A stretch of DNA of 64,000 nt, from the NCBI RefSeq assembly GCF_009914755.1, contig NC_060933.1. One strand, 5' to 3'. The translations under genes were made by a program, and so were the position numbers. Below, piece after piece: positions 1-18,040 of the stretch (position 1 is its first letter; every line of letters begins with the position of its first letter). Below the pieces are notes generated by a model. The model had not been told where the DNA came from, searched no databases, and saw only the letters and a list, made by a program, of their open reading frames with translations. The stretch comes from the human T2T-CHM13v2.0 reference genome, Homo sapiens.

Positions 1-1323
1 AACAGCATCTGGCACATAGCAAGTGCTAAATAAGTATTAGGTATTTATGATATTGTCATGATATTGACAACGTCCTCCAGCTGAAGGTACCAGGAAAATA
101 CCTACAGTTGATAAAGTTGGCTTATTGACTTGTGCAATGAAGAAGACATGTACCATGGGGAACTGTGGGGTGTCTCAGTAAGAGGGTATTAGAGAGGACT
201 TAACATAGGACATGGACTTGTGTTAGATATTTGGAGGAGGGCCCAAAGATTACCTGGATTGGATGCTGTCAGGAAGTGGCCATAGTTATATGATGGGATA
301 TCTTAAGATTTACTTAGAAGCAGGAAGAAAAAAGCAGGCAACAGTGAAAAATAGTAAGGCTGCAGGAGCACTGCTATTAGTCAGCAGGGGGGATGCTTGG
401 TCATTTCTGTGGTTTTGACAACGTTCATGTGGTTGTCAGTGCCTGGCATGATTACAGAATGGTCTTGTTTTATGTCTTTGTTCATCACAAGTCACAGCAT
501 GGTCTTGTCTGATGGTGCTGATCTATGAAATTGTTTATGTTCTGCAGGAGAACATGACGGTCTAGCTGATAGTGCCAGGTCAGCCCCCACCTGTCAGGGT
601 ATGTAAAAAATGCCATGTGCTTTGAGGGGATCATTAAAATACTTTGGAAAGACTTTCCATTTCCTCCAGTACCATCTGGATAATGAGTCATCAGAGAAAA
701 CCTGGAGAGGTGGGCAGAGAGGAGTAACTGATCTAGGAAGACCCCAATTGCTTAGTCCTAGACATGCTCATCTTCTCTGCTTCGCAAATGATTCACTGAA
801 AGCTCTCAGAAGGGGCTGGGAATTTTCTAGGTGACCCAAAATAAGTTCATGAAGAAAACAGGAAGAGATAGGAGTTTGTTAGCCTGCACTCCAGGATAAA
901 ATGGCATTCTCCCTAATGACCGAAGGCCATTATAAGGACAAAGTAGAGAAACCAGCTTCATAGTATGTGAAACGGACCTTCATTGAAGGACAACACCTGT
1001 GGGAACTCCCAGCCAGAAAGCACATCAGGAAACCTGAACTGCCAGGAGAAATATCAAGGAGGAGTGAGGAACAAGGGTGTGATTTCCAGGGTCCTGAAAT
1101 GAAGAATACCCAGGAAGGTTGGTACATCATGTCCAGAAGCACCAGGAAGGTGCCACTGGGGTCAGACAGTCATTGAGGAAATCTAGTGGAGTCAAAGGAA
1201 CCAATGCAGGCCATCTAGAAGATTCTAAAATCCAGATACCAACCCTCGTCTGCTTCAGGATGGGAGGGTATTTTTGCTTAAAATACCAGCAATTCTCAAC
1301 TCTGTGACTAATTCAGTTCTTCT

Positions 1324-1388
1324 GTGTGAATGTGTATATGTGTGTGCGTGTGTGTGTGTGTGTGTGTATGTGTATATATATATATATA
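1324..1388. repeat. (TG)n-(TA)n microsatellite
   Basis: Seen directly in the sequence. Confidence 0.95.
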
Positions 1389-3684
1389 TTTGCCTTTCTC
1401 CATGTAAAATTAGGCCTGAAAAACCACAAAACTGCCAGACGAAGACCTAGACATGTGACACTTTTATCAGAATTTATCAAGGTAGCCTCATGCTGGACCA
1501 GTTTCAAAATTTGAAAGATCACAGGAGAGGCCAAACAGAGTGGTCTCAGGCAGAGAGAGTCAAAGAGGCAGGCTGAGGGGGCTGAAGACCCTTCCCGCCT
1601 TGGCTGTCCCCACAGGGTCCAAGGGCAGAATGCAAACACTATCACATCATTCTCACCTTTCCTCTACAAATGATGTTTATTCTCCTTGGCATTTGATAAT
1701 TCAGCAAATCAAGTTGGGGTTAGTGGCTTTGGAGCCAGAGAGACCCAGATCTTTAACTCAGGCTCCTTCAGGTAATCATTGCCTGATCTCAACCATGGCA
1801 TTCCTCCAAACTGCAGCTTCCCCAATGTACCCAGTCACTCCTACCTTGCAAGGCTGTTGTGTGACTTAGAGATAATATAGGTAAAAAGGCAAACCCAGGT
1901 GTAGCCAACAAAGAAAAATAATATCAAGTCAAGTTTATAGCTATGCTGCTTTTTGTATCTCCACTGGAGATTTTTTAAATGTCTTCAAAACACAAAATGA
2001 CTAAATCTTCAAAAAGAAAAAAGTTCTATTTACTAACATAATTCTCAATTGTCAGAAAATTATAATAAGGGGGACATTAGTGGTTGGTTTTGGGTTTTCT
2101 TGTTTTTTGTTTGTTTTTGCACTATTCGGTCTCTCCACCCTAAATATCAAAGCAGCAGGATTTTCTAAGAACAATTAAAAGATACCTAGCACATCCCAAT
2201 AGCCAGAAAAGTACTTTGCGGAATTGATGTTGGTCACAAGACTTTAAAAACTTGACTTAAATGGTTAAATGCATGTGTGTGCATAAAGCATCATTAACTT
2301 TATCTAAAAATCACTGATTTGAGGCAACTTTATATGATGCGATATGGTTTTGATTTGTGCTAAGTCAAAATAAGATTATTTATCTTTGAACCAATTGCAG
2401 TTTATGGCACTTGGTTTCTTGGAGTGGAAAAGAAAACAGCCAACATGTCTTGAAAACATTGCCGGGGAAATAAAAGCTAAGATAAGAAAAGAAAGTCATC
2501 CTGCTGCAATACTAATTTCACCTAGATTATCGCAATATTTCTCTTGAGGATAGCATACTTTGATTTCATATCAGAAAATTCCATAAAATTAGTTTGTTAC
2601 ATGTAATGAGCTGTGCTTCTGGGTACAAAGATGACATCACACTGGCCACATCTTTGGCCTTTGGTCAGAAGCAGTGATAAACTGGTGTAGACCGAACTCT
2701 GCTTTCTCCATGTCACCCTGTAATCAGTGACACACATTTTGGAGACTGTCCTCCAGAGTAAAAGGCAGAGTTTGTGGCATTGAGGCAAGAGTAAGGCTAG
2801 CTCTTCTCCATGGATGAACCAATAAACAAAGCAAGCAGCCCCACAGGTATCCTGAAAGGTTCAGTCGTATTCATGCTTTGTCTAATTTAGCTGTCCTTAA
2901 ACTTTTAGCAAGCCAAGACACCTCAAAGCTAGTGACTTATTAGGTTCTCTGTAGGAATTAGGGGAAGGAATGTTGGCTGGGAAAGCCCTGCAGGTAATTT
3001 AGACGCACCTCCCCTCCCTCATCCTTCCATGCAGAAGTAGGGATGGGCATGTTCCTCTCAGTTGAACAATTCAAGGCTGATCTCCTTAGCTGCAAGGATG
3101 CACAGAGAGGAGAAGTTGGTCTGGCCTGGGCAACACTAAACTCATCTCTTAGAGCTCTGACATATGTACCATGAGACCTAGAGGGGGAAAGTGTGTGAGG
3201 CAGCAACAAGGCTAAGCATGCTGAACACACTGGGACAAATTGAGTTTTCTGTGCCTTTGGGTTTTTTTCCACTTAAATCTCAGACGCTGTAATAGCAGTT
3301 ATATTATCTGGTCTCCTCAGGACTACTCCGGAGAGGTACTTTTAGGACAAATGGGTATTTGTCAAGTTGTTATGGATGTTCACAATAAAGATATGATCAT
3401 AGTTCTGATTAATTGCTTAGGGTTAATATATTGATATAAATGAACTGCCATTGACAATCAGTCCCAGAGGAATGTATTCTTTATTTCTACAACTTATCTT
3501 TAATTGTGTCTTAAAACTTCTACTAACACTTCCTATTCACTGTATCATTATTGTGCAATTATAATACAGTTATTCATAAAGCAAATTGCTTAAGGCTAAC
3601 TCACATTCTCACATTAGCATGTCTCGGCTTTTGCATATGTCTCATGAATATGTGAAGCAGGAGGAGATAAGCATTCCAATTCTG

Positions 3685-3890
3685 TAGTCAGGCTCCCTGA
3701 TTTGAATCTGAGCTCCCCTACATACTAGCTGTGTGACCTCAGGCAAGCTGCTTTTCATCTTTGGGCTTCAGTTATCTCATCTATTAAAAAGAAATAAATA
3801 ATTAGATCTCCTTACTGGGTGATCATAAAATAAGAGAATACATAAAATGTTCAGACTAGTAACTGGCATTTAATAAGCATTCAGTAAAAA
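3685..3890 (+). mobile_element. MIR
   Basis: MIR core tactagctgtgtgacctcaggcaag...cagttatctcatctat. Confidence 0.75.
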
Positions 3891-3943
3891 TTAACTACTA
3901 TGAGTATTTTTGGCATGCCCCTTTATTTAAATTTCCGGATTGA

Positions 3944-4351
<408 letters not shown>

Positions 4352-5454
4352 TGAGTGAAGTCAGGATAAACATCCTTTTTTGTTCCTCCTACCATGTACA
4401 CAATAACAAGAAATAGCTAGTTGGAAAAATGAACATCTTGTAATAATATGAAATATATTTAAAAGCCTTCTACTTCCTACACCTCTTGGTGGTTTTTTTC
4501 TATGGTTACTGTGAAATATGTGGATTTTTAAAAATAGCTCTAGCAGTTAAATGATGCTGTAAAACCCCAATATGGTAAGTGTAAATAATTCTAACAGTAA
4601 TTTCTTGTTACTATACCTTTCAAAGAGGTTTATTCTATAATTTAGTAAGGTCTCTCAACATTAGTCATTTTACTCAGCAACAAATATGGACCTTCTCAAA
4701 GAGAATCACAGAACAAGAGAATTAACAATCTTATTTTTTTTCTTAACCATTGGTAAGAAAATGAGCTGTGCTGCTCATTTTCAATCTTTTGGAATCAGAA
4801 ATTCTCTTACTAGTTTGTAGTTTTTGCTGAGGTTTCTATTTTTTTAATAAGCTGGGAATAAGGACGAGCTACCTCAAAGAATTAAGTAATTTCTTTCTAA
4901 CAATATTTAACCATTTGCTGATTTAAAGTTGAGCTACTATTTTTTCTGGGTTGATTCCAAAGAGAATAGATTTCCGTTTTAAAGATTTTTAAGATTGGCA
5001 ATAAGAAAAAGGCCTATCAAATACAAATATATGCCCTCATGGAAATGAACACTAAAAACTATACCCAGATTTTTGACCATCTGGGAAGAAAAGCCTCTTA
5101 CCTTATAGTGAGATACATTCTCCTTCAGTTGGTGAATCTCTAGAAATGACCATCTCCCTAGCCCAGCATTCTATCTAGTGTTGCTATTTTTATCATTAAC
5201 ACCAAGTTTCATACACATCCCTTTCCTAAGGAACTGTAAACATGTTCACTACAAGTAACCTTTCGGAAGTGAAAGTTTCAAAGGCAAAATGATCTAGACT
5301 TTTTGATGTTGTGACTAAGATTTATTTAATTCCTGGGAAACAAAAGCAGGAAGCCTACATGACTTCCTGATGAACTGAGGGTGAGCAGGGAAGGCAGAGG
5401 AGGCAGACATATTTACTAGTTTCTAACATAGCCATAGAGAAAAGAACAAGGTAA

Positions 5455-5901
<447 letters not shown>

Positions 5902-6997
5902 TAACAAAATTCACCATAGTTTCCTGTATCAGTGATTTAAACATGTCTGTTTTTTAATGAACTCTCTTCTTGCTGCTGGAGATAGACTACAGTGAACTAT
6001 TTCCAAACAGCCAGCCATGGTGAAGCTGACTGCAACGGAGCCTCAGGGAAGGCAATGAGGGTGAGGGAAGTGGGCAGAGGGGCCCCCATTCTGCAAGGCT
6101 TTGCAGCAAGGCTACCCAAGCTATCTTGAAAGATTCCGACTTTTTTGTTTTACATTTTATTAGAAGGCATTATGACAATGAAACATTACACTCAAAATAT
6201 TACACTTAGATTTTCCTAGTGGTGAAAAGGCTTTGCAAAAAAAAAAAAACTTAATGAAAGATTATCTTCAAACAGATTATCTTCAAATAGGTGTAATATA
6301 TTATTGGGGTTTTACAATTTTCAAGAGAAGTATTCGACAACTAGTGGTAGTTAAGTTCATGCACAAATACATTAAGCTGACAAACTTTTATTAGGATTTG
6401 AGTAAAGTTACTGATATATGCTGTAGATATATGAAACTATAAAATGAATCTTCTCTACAGAATCATTAGTGTGAGGCATGATATTAGTTTATTTATAATA
6501 ATTGTCAAGCAAGCAACTCAGTGAATTACTGGTACTTCAATTCTGGACTTCAATTCTGAAGTCACTGAAATCCTGGACAGTAGTTCTGACCATTGATGTA
6601 AATAACTTTGCAGAATTATGGAGCAGGACTCATTAAGAAATAAGAGTAACATTCATTATGAAATAAGAAAGTATTGACTCATGTAGCAGAAAGTAATATA
6701 AGAGCAGGTGAAACAAGCATTAAACTTAAGAACATGTTTAAACAGTGCAAATTCCTTTGTATAATGATCTCTATTCACTACTTGATCTGGCATTTTCTTT
6801 TATCCTCTGAGCTATAGGACAGCATAATAACTTGTAAGCCTATCTCTTGAAATAGGCAAAAAGAACCAAACCAAGATGTAGTTTCTTAATCCTAATTTGC
6901 ATAGTTTTCATTTTTCCAAGGCATTTTCATGGAAACATTGACAAAAAAAAAGGTGGATTTTTTTTATTTGATTGGATACCATTAAGAAATGCATTAG

Positions 6998-7323
<326 letters not shown>

Positions 7324-7408
7324 AAACCTAACACTTTTAATTATACTTTACAATTCTGAAAGACTCTCTCAAGTGGATTTTGGACACTAACAAGAACACA
7401 ACAAAATG

Positions 7409-7768
<360 letters not shown>

Positions 7769-8644
7769 TAGTTTTAGAATTGCATTTAATGACTCTTTAT
7801 ATCCAGAAGGCATTTAAAAATAATAAATAAAGACATTTTAAGAAGGGCAAAAACCTAGCAGAAAACAGTTTTCTCTTCTAGCTAGTCTGTGCTGGAAGAC
7901 TGGGTAGAAATGATGCATTTTATCATTATCATCTGAATGTAACAGATGGAAGCCAGCTATGGATAAATCTACAACTCCAACAAAGACTGGAACAATTTAT
8001 CTCATCAAAATTAAGCACTTCATTTTCAGTGAGTTGAAGAATCACAACATGATTCTCATCTTAAAATTATACAGTTCAATGTGATTCATACTTCACAGTG
8101 ACAATAAAGGCAAACATAAGACTATTCTACTAAAGCAGAATTTTTGAAAATCAGAGTTTTAACCAAAAGTTTAAATTAACTTCCAAACTTATTTGCTCTT
8201 ATGAGTAAATTTTGATGCTGGAAGCAAATATTTTAGTGGTAAGTATGAATGCGAAGGCTACAAAACGAAATTGTAGGCTTCCTACTAGTGGCAACAGATT
8301 GTAGGCTACTCGTGCCTACTAGTGGCAACCCATTAGGAAATGAGCTCATGGACTTTCTTCCAGGTAAGATCAAAGAAGTCAGTGTGCTTACTACCCTCAT
8401 CTTGCACATGACTTTCCCCTCACTTTATTCACGCTTCTATTCAAATACTTCTTTCCAAAGGCAGCTCTTCCCTGACCTCTACATCCAGCTTTAGTGTTCA
8501 TCATAGCACTTAGCTCGATTTACACTTTGTATTTCTTTAAATACTGTATGTCATTTCTATTAAACGTAGGCTGTATATGAGCAGTGACTGAGTTCAATTC
8601 TGTATCCCAATCACCTTAGATAGGTGTTCATCAAATATTTGTTG

Positions 8645-8782
8645 AAAGAAGGAAGAAAAGAGGGCAGGAAGGAAGGAAGGAGGGAGGGAAGGAAAGAAAG
8701 AAGGGATGGAGGGTGGGGGAAAGAAACAGGGAAAAGGAGGAAGAAAAGGGAGGGAAGAGGGGAGAGAGGGAAGAAGGAAGCA
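8645..8782 (+). repeat. Polypurine (GGAA/GA-rich) tract
   Basis: About 140 bp almost free of pyrimidines. Confidence 0.9.
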
Positions 8783-9934
8783 AGCAATGGTCAGTGGCTT
8801 GGAGGCATCTGCCTAAACACATGCACTGTGGCTAAGGAAAAAGGAGAAAGCAAGAACACTACAAGCAGCTGTCCCAGGTGCTGCCCTCAGGTCACTGAAC
8901 TTACAGAGCATAAAGATACAGGGAGCATTGGCTGCCCTTGGTGTCAGCTGCGCTCAGCACACTTTAGTTTGTGAGCTTGCTCCTCTTCTCTATCTCTAGC
9001 TTTGAGGCAGCCCTGAGAACGATGGTCACTTTCTTCTCCTCCTTATTTCCTTTTATTTCAAAACTAGAACGGGGAGGCATAGAACTTGAAGGAGGACATA
9101 GCTGAGATCTGTGCAAATAGGAACTCTGTAGCTTGGTGCCCACATCCGAATGGATGCATAGAGCAAAGCCTGAACCACACTGAGGACTAGAGCAGGTAGA
9201 TTAGGATATCAGTGGATGGACAGCAAAACGGGAGCAGACAATGAATAAGATCCCTTCCAAGTGGGAGCTTCTCTTTGTGACTCTGGGAAAGCTGATAGGG
9301 CAGCAGCTGCACCCTTACCACTCAGCAACCCCCAAAGGAGAAACATCAGGGGTGGGTTACCCTCCAGCAGTGCTTTACTGCTCAGATTTAGGAAGGTGAG
9401 AAACCTGCTGCCCAGTCATAGGACTGCAGCATGCCAGGGACCCTCCAGAAGCAATATGCTTTTAATCACAGATGAAAAGTACTTAATAGTTACTGAACTA
9501 CATAAAAACAATGACAACCGATCCAAGGAGAGAAGTTAACTCTGTTAAGCCAACCAAGTGACACAAGGTTTTGCCTGGAGGAAAGAAAACAGAGAAACAA
9601 GCTGTGATCTTCCTTTTTTGTAGCAAGTGCTTTGAATCTCCTTGGAGAAGGAAGTCCACAGAGAACAATTTGATTTCTAAGTGAGTAATAATTAGATGCT
9701 CTAAGTTTTCAATTTGATAAAGCTACAAACATCCTGGCATTTCTTCTCCACTGCACCCCAACCCACAATATGGGGGTATAAAGCCTTTGGGATCCTCTCA
9801 CTGGAGAAGTCCATATCTGAGATACCTCATTTTACATCATAAAGCTTTGAGGAAATTATATCATGTTTAAAAACTTTTTAAAAGAAGGCGCCACATGATG
9901 TTATAATATTGGGTAGCATTTTACCACCAAGTAG

Positions 9935-10454
9935 TGATGGGGTCAGAACAAGTCATCCCAAAATATGCCACTTTGATGTATTATTTTGAGCTAAAAGAAA
10001 CTGAGAACCAGTCAATGCAGAAAAAGCACTTCGCCTCCCCATCTGCTTAAAGTATAATTTCCCATTTGTAAAGGACATTTTTATTAGTAAATGTATCTAT
10101 CTTTGCCAGAAAGAGAGTTACTCATAGATAACTTTTTCTCACTGGAGAGACTTTTATCTGCATAGCAAGGTAACCTTTATTCACCACACATTTCCTCCTC
10201 TCGCCTTCCCACAATTCATCTCTACCACTCCCCAGTACCCCCAAATCCTTATTCCTATTCCTTACTCTAGCTTAAGATAGTATCTGTCTCAATCATCTGG
10301 CTGCTTCCTGGAGTCTCATATTTTGGTGGGACTCCTGTGCATATGTGAGTAATTAAATATTTTTTCTCCTTTTAATCTGTCTAATGTCAATTTAATTCAT
10401 AGACCAGCCAAAAAACCTCAAAGGGTACACAGAAGCAATTTTCCCTCTCCTACA
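9935..10454 (+). mobile_element. Solo LTR, ERV1-class (MER34/MER4-group-like)
   Basis: TG...CA termini, 520 bp, 4-bp TSD GTAG (9931-9934 and 10455-10458). Confidence 0.8.
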
Positions 10455-10838
10455 GTAGTTTCCCCCCTGATAAAATATATGAAGAAAACAAAATCCTTGC
10501 CATTATTATTTCACCTTATATCACTTCTGTCTGAAGATTACTTGTTCTTCCCTTTTATATGCTCAATAGGCAGATTTTTTTTCCCTTTTCTTTAGAGTTG
10601 TGCATTTTTAGATTGTCCGGTCCTTGCAAGTGACAGTTAGTGAATATGAAAGCTCTAATGTTATATTTATTAAAGGTACATAGCACCAAACTATTACTTA
10701 GAAATGAATTAATTTTCAAAGGTTTTAAAATATCTAACCTAATAAAATTTCCCTTACTTGTAAGTATACTAATGTCTTTGAATATGCAAATGTTTAAATA
10801 CTAAAAATATAAGCAAAATATGGAATTAAAATACGCAG

Positions 10839-11153
10839 GCCAGGCACGGTGGCTCATGCCTGTAATACCAGCAATTTGGGAGGCCGAGGTGGGTGGATTC
10901 ACTGGAAGTCAGGAGTTTGAGACCAGCCTGGCCAACATGGCTAAACTACGTCGCTACTAAAAATACCAAAAATTAGCCAGGCCTGGTGGTGCACGCCTGT
11001 CATCCCAGCTACTCAGGAAGCTGAGGAAGGAGAATCACTTGAACCTGAAAGCAGAGGTTGCAGTGAGCCAAGATCGCACCACTGCACTCCAGTCTGGGCG
11101 ACAGAGTGAGACTCTGTCTCAAAAAAAATAAATGAAATAAATAAATAAATAAA
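10839..11153 (+). mobile_element. AluS
   Basis: Dimeric Alu, sense, (AAAT)n tail. Confidence 0.95.
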
Positions 11154-14100
11154 GTGTTATTCTAATCAGCTCTTAAGGTGGTGGTAGTAATTTTTATTGT
11201 TATATGTGCAAAAAAAATTCACCAAAATTTGTGGGTAGATTAGCAGTTACTAATGTTAAAGTGCAGGGTCTACAGCTGAAGTTCTCCTTGTGTTTTTTAC
11301 TTGTTTATGTACATTAAAAAGAAAACATATGATCACAGATAGATTTTCCAAGAGAGGAAAATTACGCATAATCCCCACTCAATATAACTTCTAATACTCA
11401 AAGGTCTTCATATTCAAAATTCCCTCAAAACATATGTGGCTTCAAATTGTGGGGTGCATAACTGAAAATAATCATTTTACATTATAATTTGACATTTAAG
11501 TCATGTAAAATGATTTAAAAATCAGACCAAGTGTAAAATAAATTCCAATTCCAAATGACATAATCCTATTACCGTAATGAAATAAATCCCTAACCTGATG
11601 GTCCCTGTATTTCTAATTTGTCTTTGGTAAATATACTTGAACTGAACCTAACCAGGAATTTAACATCATAAACCTACCAAACAGATTCAAAGATAACACA
11701 AAATTTGTGTTTACTGAACATCATCCAAATATTTCTTCTTCTAAGAAAAGCACTGTGTAAAATAATTTGAACCACCAGAACATATAAATATTATAAAAGT
11801 ACTCAACCTTGTCTTTTCATCTTTATATCCTCCTTGAATAGTACAGAGGCTGGCATATTGTTATTGTTTAATAAGCATTGAATAAGTAAACCAGTATTAT
11901 TCTCTTTGGGGTTCTATCCTTAACATAAACAAATGTGAAGACGCAAATTAGAAAACCAACATATTCAACTACGCTGCTATTCAGCCATATGATGTAATTC
12001 TAACATATTTTTTCCAGAAACATTCTGAGGCACTGCTTTGTAAATTCATGCCTAAGTGTAAGGGTAAGTGTAGGAGAAGTGGGGTGTTGGGAAACTTTAT
12101 CCTCAAAAACCCCAGAAACCAAGTTAGATAAGATCTTAAGATAGTTGGCTTAAAAATAAAAACATAATATTTTTACTTTAAAATTTTACTTTTTAAGGAA
12201 AAATAACTGCTACTGCTGGCCTTAATTATTACTATTATTTTGCCGGGACAGGTGGCCAATAGGGGAATTTAAGTCTTTCATTTTCAAGTATACAAGCTTA
12301 GTGTTCCATTACCCAGTCTACACAAGACACAGGACTATAAGCTCAAGTCACAGAAACTACTGGAAGTCTATCAAAGACATAAAGAAATAAGAAAGGCAAC
12401 AAGAATTTTAAATATAGGACGGGCTAGAAAAAAATATGTAGATTAGGTTATGCTTTTCTAGAAAACTGCATTAATTTGTTCACATTAAAACTTTGTCTAA
12501 CACTATTTTGTTTTGCATGGCATTTAGAATGAGGTAAATATACAATAGAACAAACAAGAAAGTTAATAAAGCAATAGAGAGAATTTGTAATTAAGACTGT
12601 TAACCTCTAGCAAACTTCTATGGCCTGTAACCCAGAGAAAGATTAGAAATGACTACAATATACCAAATAAGCTTCACAGATGAACAGGAAGACTTTGTGT
12701 CAAAAAAAACATTTTTTAAGCAGAGCCTTCCATCTAAAAACAATATATACTACTTATAAATAAAATAAACCAGCATTTTTTACTTTCGTTTGATGTAAAT
12801 TTGTTAATTGTTATATGAGGAAAACAGGTATTCAAAAGCCAATATCACCTTAATTTATGTTCCAGGTGAAGATAAGAGTTGTAGTTCTAAAATTTCTTTA
12901 AGGTTGTAATATCTATATCTGAAAGGTGACATCAATTTTTTTATTTTATTTTTTCCTTCCCAAAGGCGGTGTCAAGGGGACATCAATTCTATTGTGGAAG
13001 CAACTTCTCTGTTGTAAAATCCATGTAACGCACTGGAAAGTTCTTTTCTCTTTGGTCAACAGACACTTGTCTCATGTTTAGTGTGGATTTTTTTTTTCTA
13101 ATTACCACAGTTACAGCAAAGTCTTACCCAAAAATTTAATTTGTAATTATCGCAGGTATGTAAAGCAGTTTGAGAGCATCAAATTCAATCTAAAATTGCT
13201 AGAAAACTTGTTACAGTTTAATAAACAATTACTTTAAATGTACATTTTTAGTGTTCCTGAATAATGCAGGTTTCTGTTAAATTTTAGAAAATCATTTGTA
13301 ACAAAACCACGAACATACTATTATTTTGTTTGATTAGTGTCAACAGAAGGTAGAGATAGTATTCCCTCAAAAGAGTTTAACAGAGAAGAATGTAATGAAA
13401 GAACTCTGCACTCTCTGTGGACAGGGTTTAAGGTAACCTCAAGGGATGAAAAGGCACCCAGGGGCTGACAATAGCAGGAAACCATGAACTCTTTTAGGCT
13501 AGAAGGGGAAGGGGAAGGAAACAGTATTAACCAGATCCAGCAACAGATGGAGCTATTGAAGTGGTACTGCCTAAAAGGATCTGTGGCTTAGGAACCCACT
13601 GCCATAGCCAGACCACATACCTAAACTCACTGTCTCCCTACCCTCCAGACTCCTGCTGGGAACCACACTGGCTGATCCCCATCAGAAGCCAGAGGGCAAG
13701 GGAATCTGGGAAATGCAGTGTGGAGGGTCAGACTCAGAGCACAGGGCAGTGACGGACGAGGAAGAGCAGGGTATGGAGGAGCCAGGTGGGCAGGTTGTGG
13801 TAGGACATCAAACAGAGAATGTTCAGGTCTCCACCCAACTTATGTCAAATAGTGATCTGAATCAGCATGACAGACTATTTTTAGAGTTCTTGTTTAAATC
13901 AGTTTCAAAATTTTTATAAAGTGTAAAAGTAGGACAGCAAAATTAAGTCCTTAACGTTTTTGAAATTTAGGAAGAAATGATGGTTAGCACAAATCAGAAT
14001 TAGTTGTAAAGTAAATACTAAGTATTGAAACAGAAGGCAAATGTCTTGACAAGAAAAAATTGAAAACAGAAATGAGCAAGGGGCATTAAAAACGTAAAAT

Positions 14101-14341
14101 AAAGAAACTTATAGAACAGACCAAACCCTAGCAGGAAAAATAGTATTCTCCCCTGGATAATAGGTAGTGGAAGGCTGGGTAGAAATAAGGTTTATTTTGC
14201 TGCATTTAATCATTATTGGTCTCAATGTAACAGATGGAAGGTGGCATTAGATAATTTTAAACAGACAGCAGATTGGAACAATTTATTTCACCAATACTAG
14301 GTGCTTTGTTATACAGCGAGTTGAGAGGTTGAGGTTGCTAA

Positions 14342-14656
<315 letters not shown>

Positions 14657-15016
14657 TGATTCTCATTCTTAATGGTGTACATTTTGAAGTGATTCATACT
14701 TCACAGTAAGGATAAAGGCAACGATAAGATTGTTCTACTAAAGCACAAGAAAACAATATCACCGTATTAACCAGAAGTTTAAAATTTAATCTCATTCTAT
14801 GTTCTCTATTGAGTAAACTTCTATCCTGGAAGCAAATATTTTAGTGATGAGTATGAAGGGGAGGACTACAAAACAAAATGGTGTGCTTATTAATGGTTAC
14901 AGATAAATCAACCCATGAGAAAATGGGCTCATGCACTTTTCTTCACATAAGATGACAGAAGGAAATACCATTTCTATGGCCTCTGCCTGTTCATAGGTTC
15001 CCCCTTATCCTACAAG

Positions 15017-17895
<2,879 letters not shown>

Positions 17896-18040
17896 AAACC
17901 TACATATTGGCTACGACACACTACTCAGGTTATGGGTGCATTAAAATCTCAGAATTCACCACTATAGAATTCATCCATGTAACCAAAAACCACTTGTACC
18001 CAAAAGCTATTGAAATTTTTAAAAATATTAAAAATAAAAA
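17896..18040 (+). mobile_element. Older L1 (L1PB-like) 3' end abutting the L1PA
   Basis: gggtgcattaaaatctcagaattcaccactatagaattcatccatgtaaccaaaaaccac...ctattgaaa followed by an A-rich tail. Confidence 0.7.

Noticed and set aside
80-600. Probable old LTR-like repeat
   Set aside because: Family and boundaries could not be assigned with enough confidence to list.
610-834. ORF containing LKYFG, which also occurs in PLGRKT
   Set aside because: Wrong strand, only five residues and no exon context; coincidence.
2180-3335. Several AG/GT-bounded stretches with protein-looking translations
   Set aside because: They occur on both strands, have no paralogous copy to test constraint, and match no family I recognise; indistinguishable from chance.
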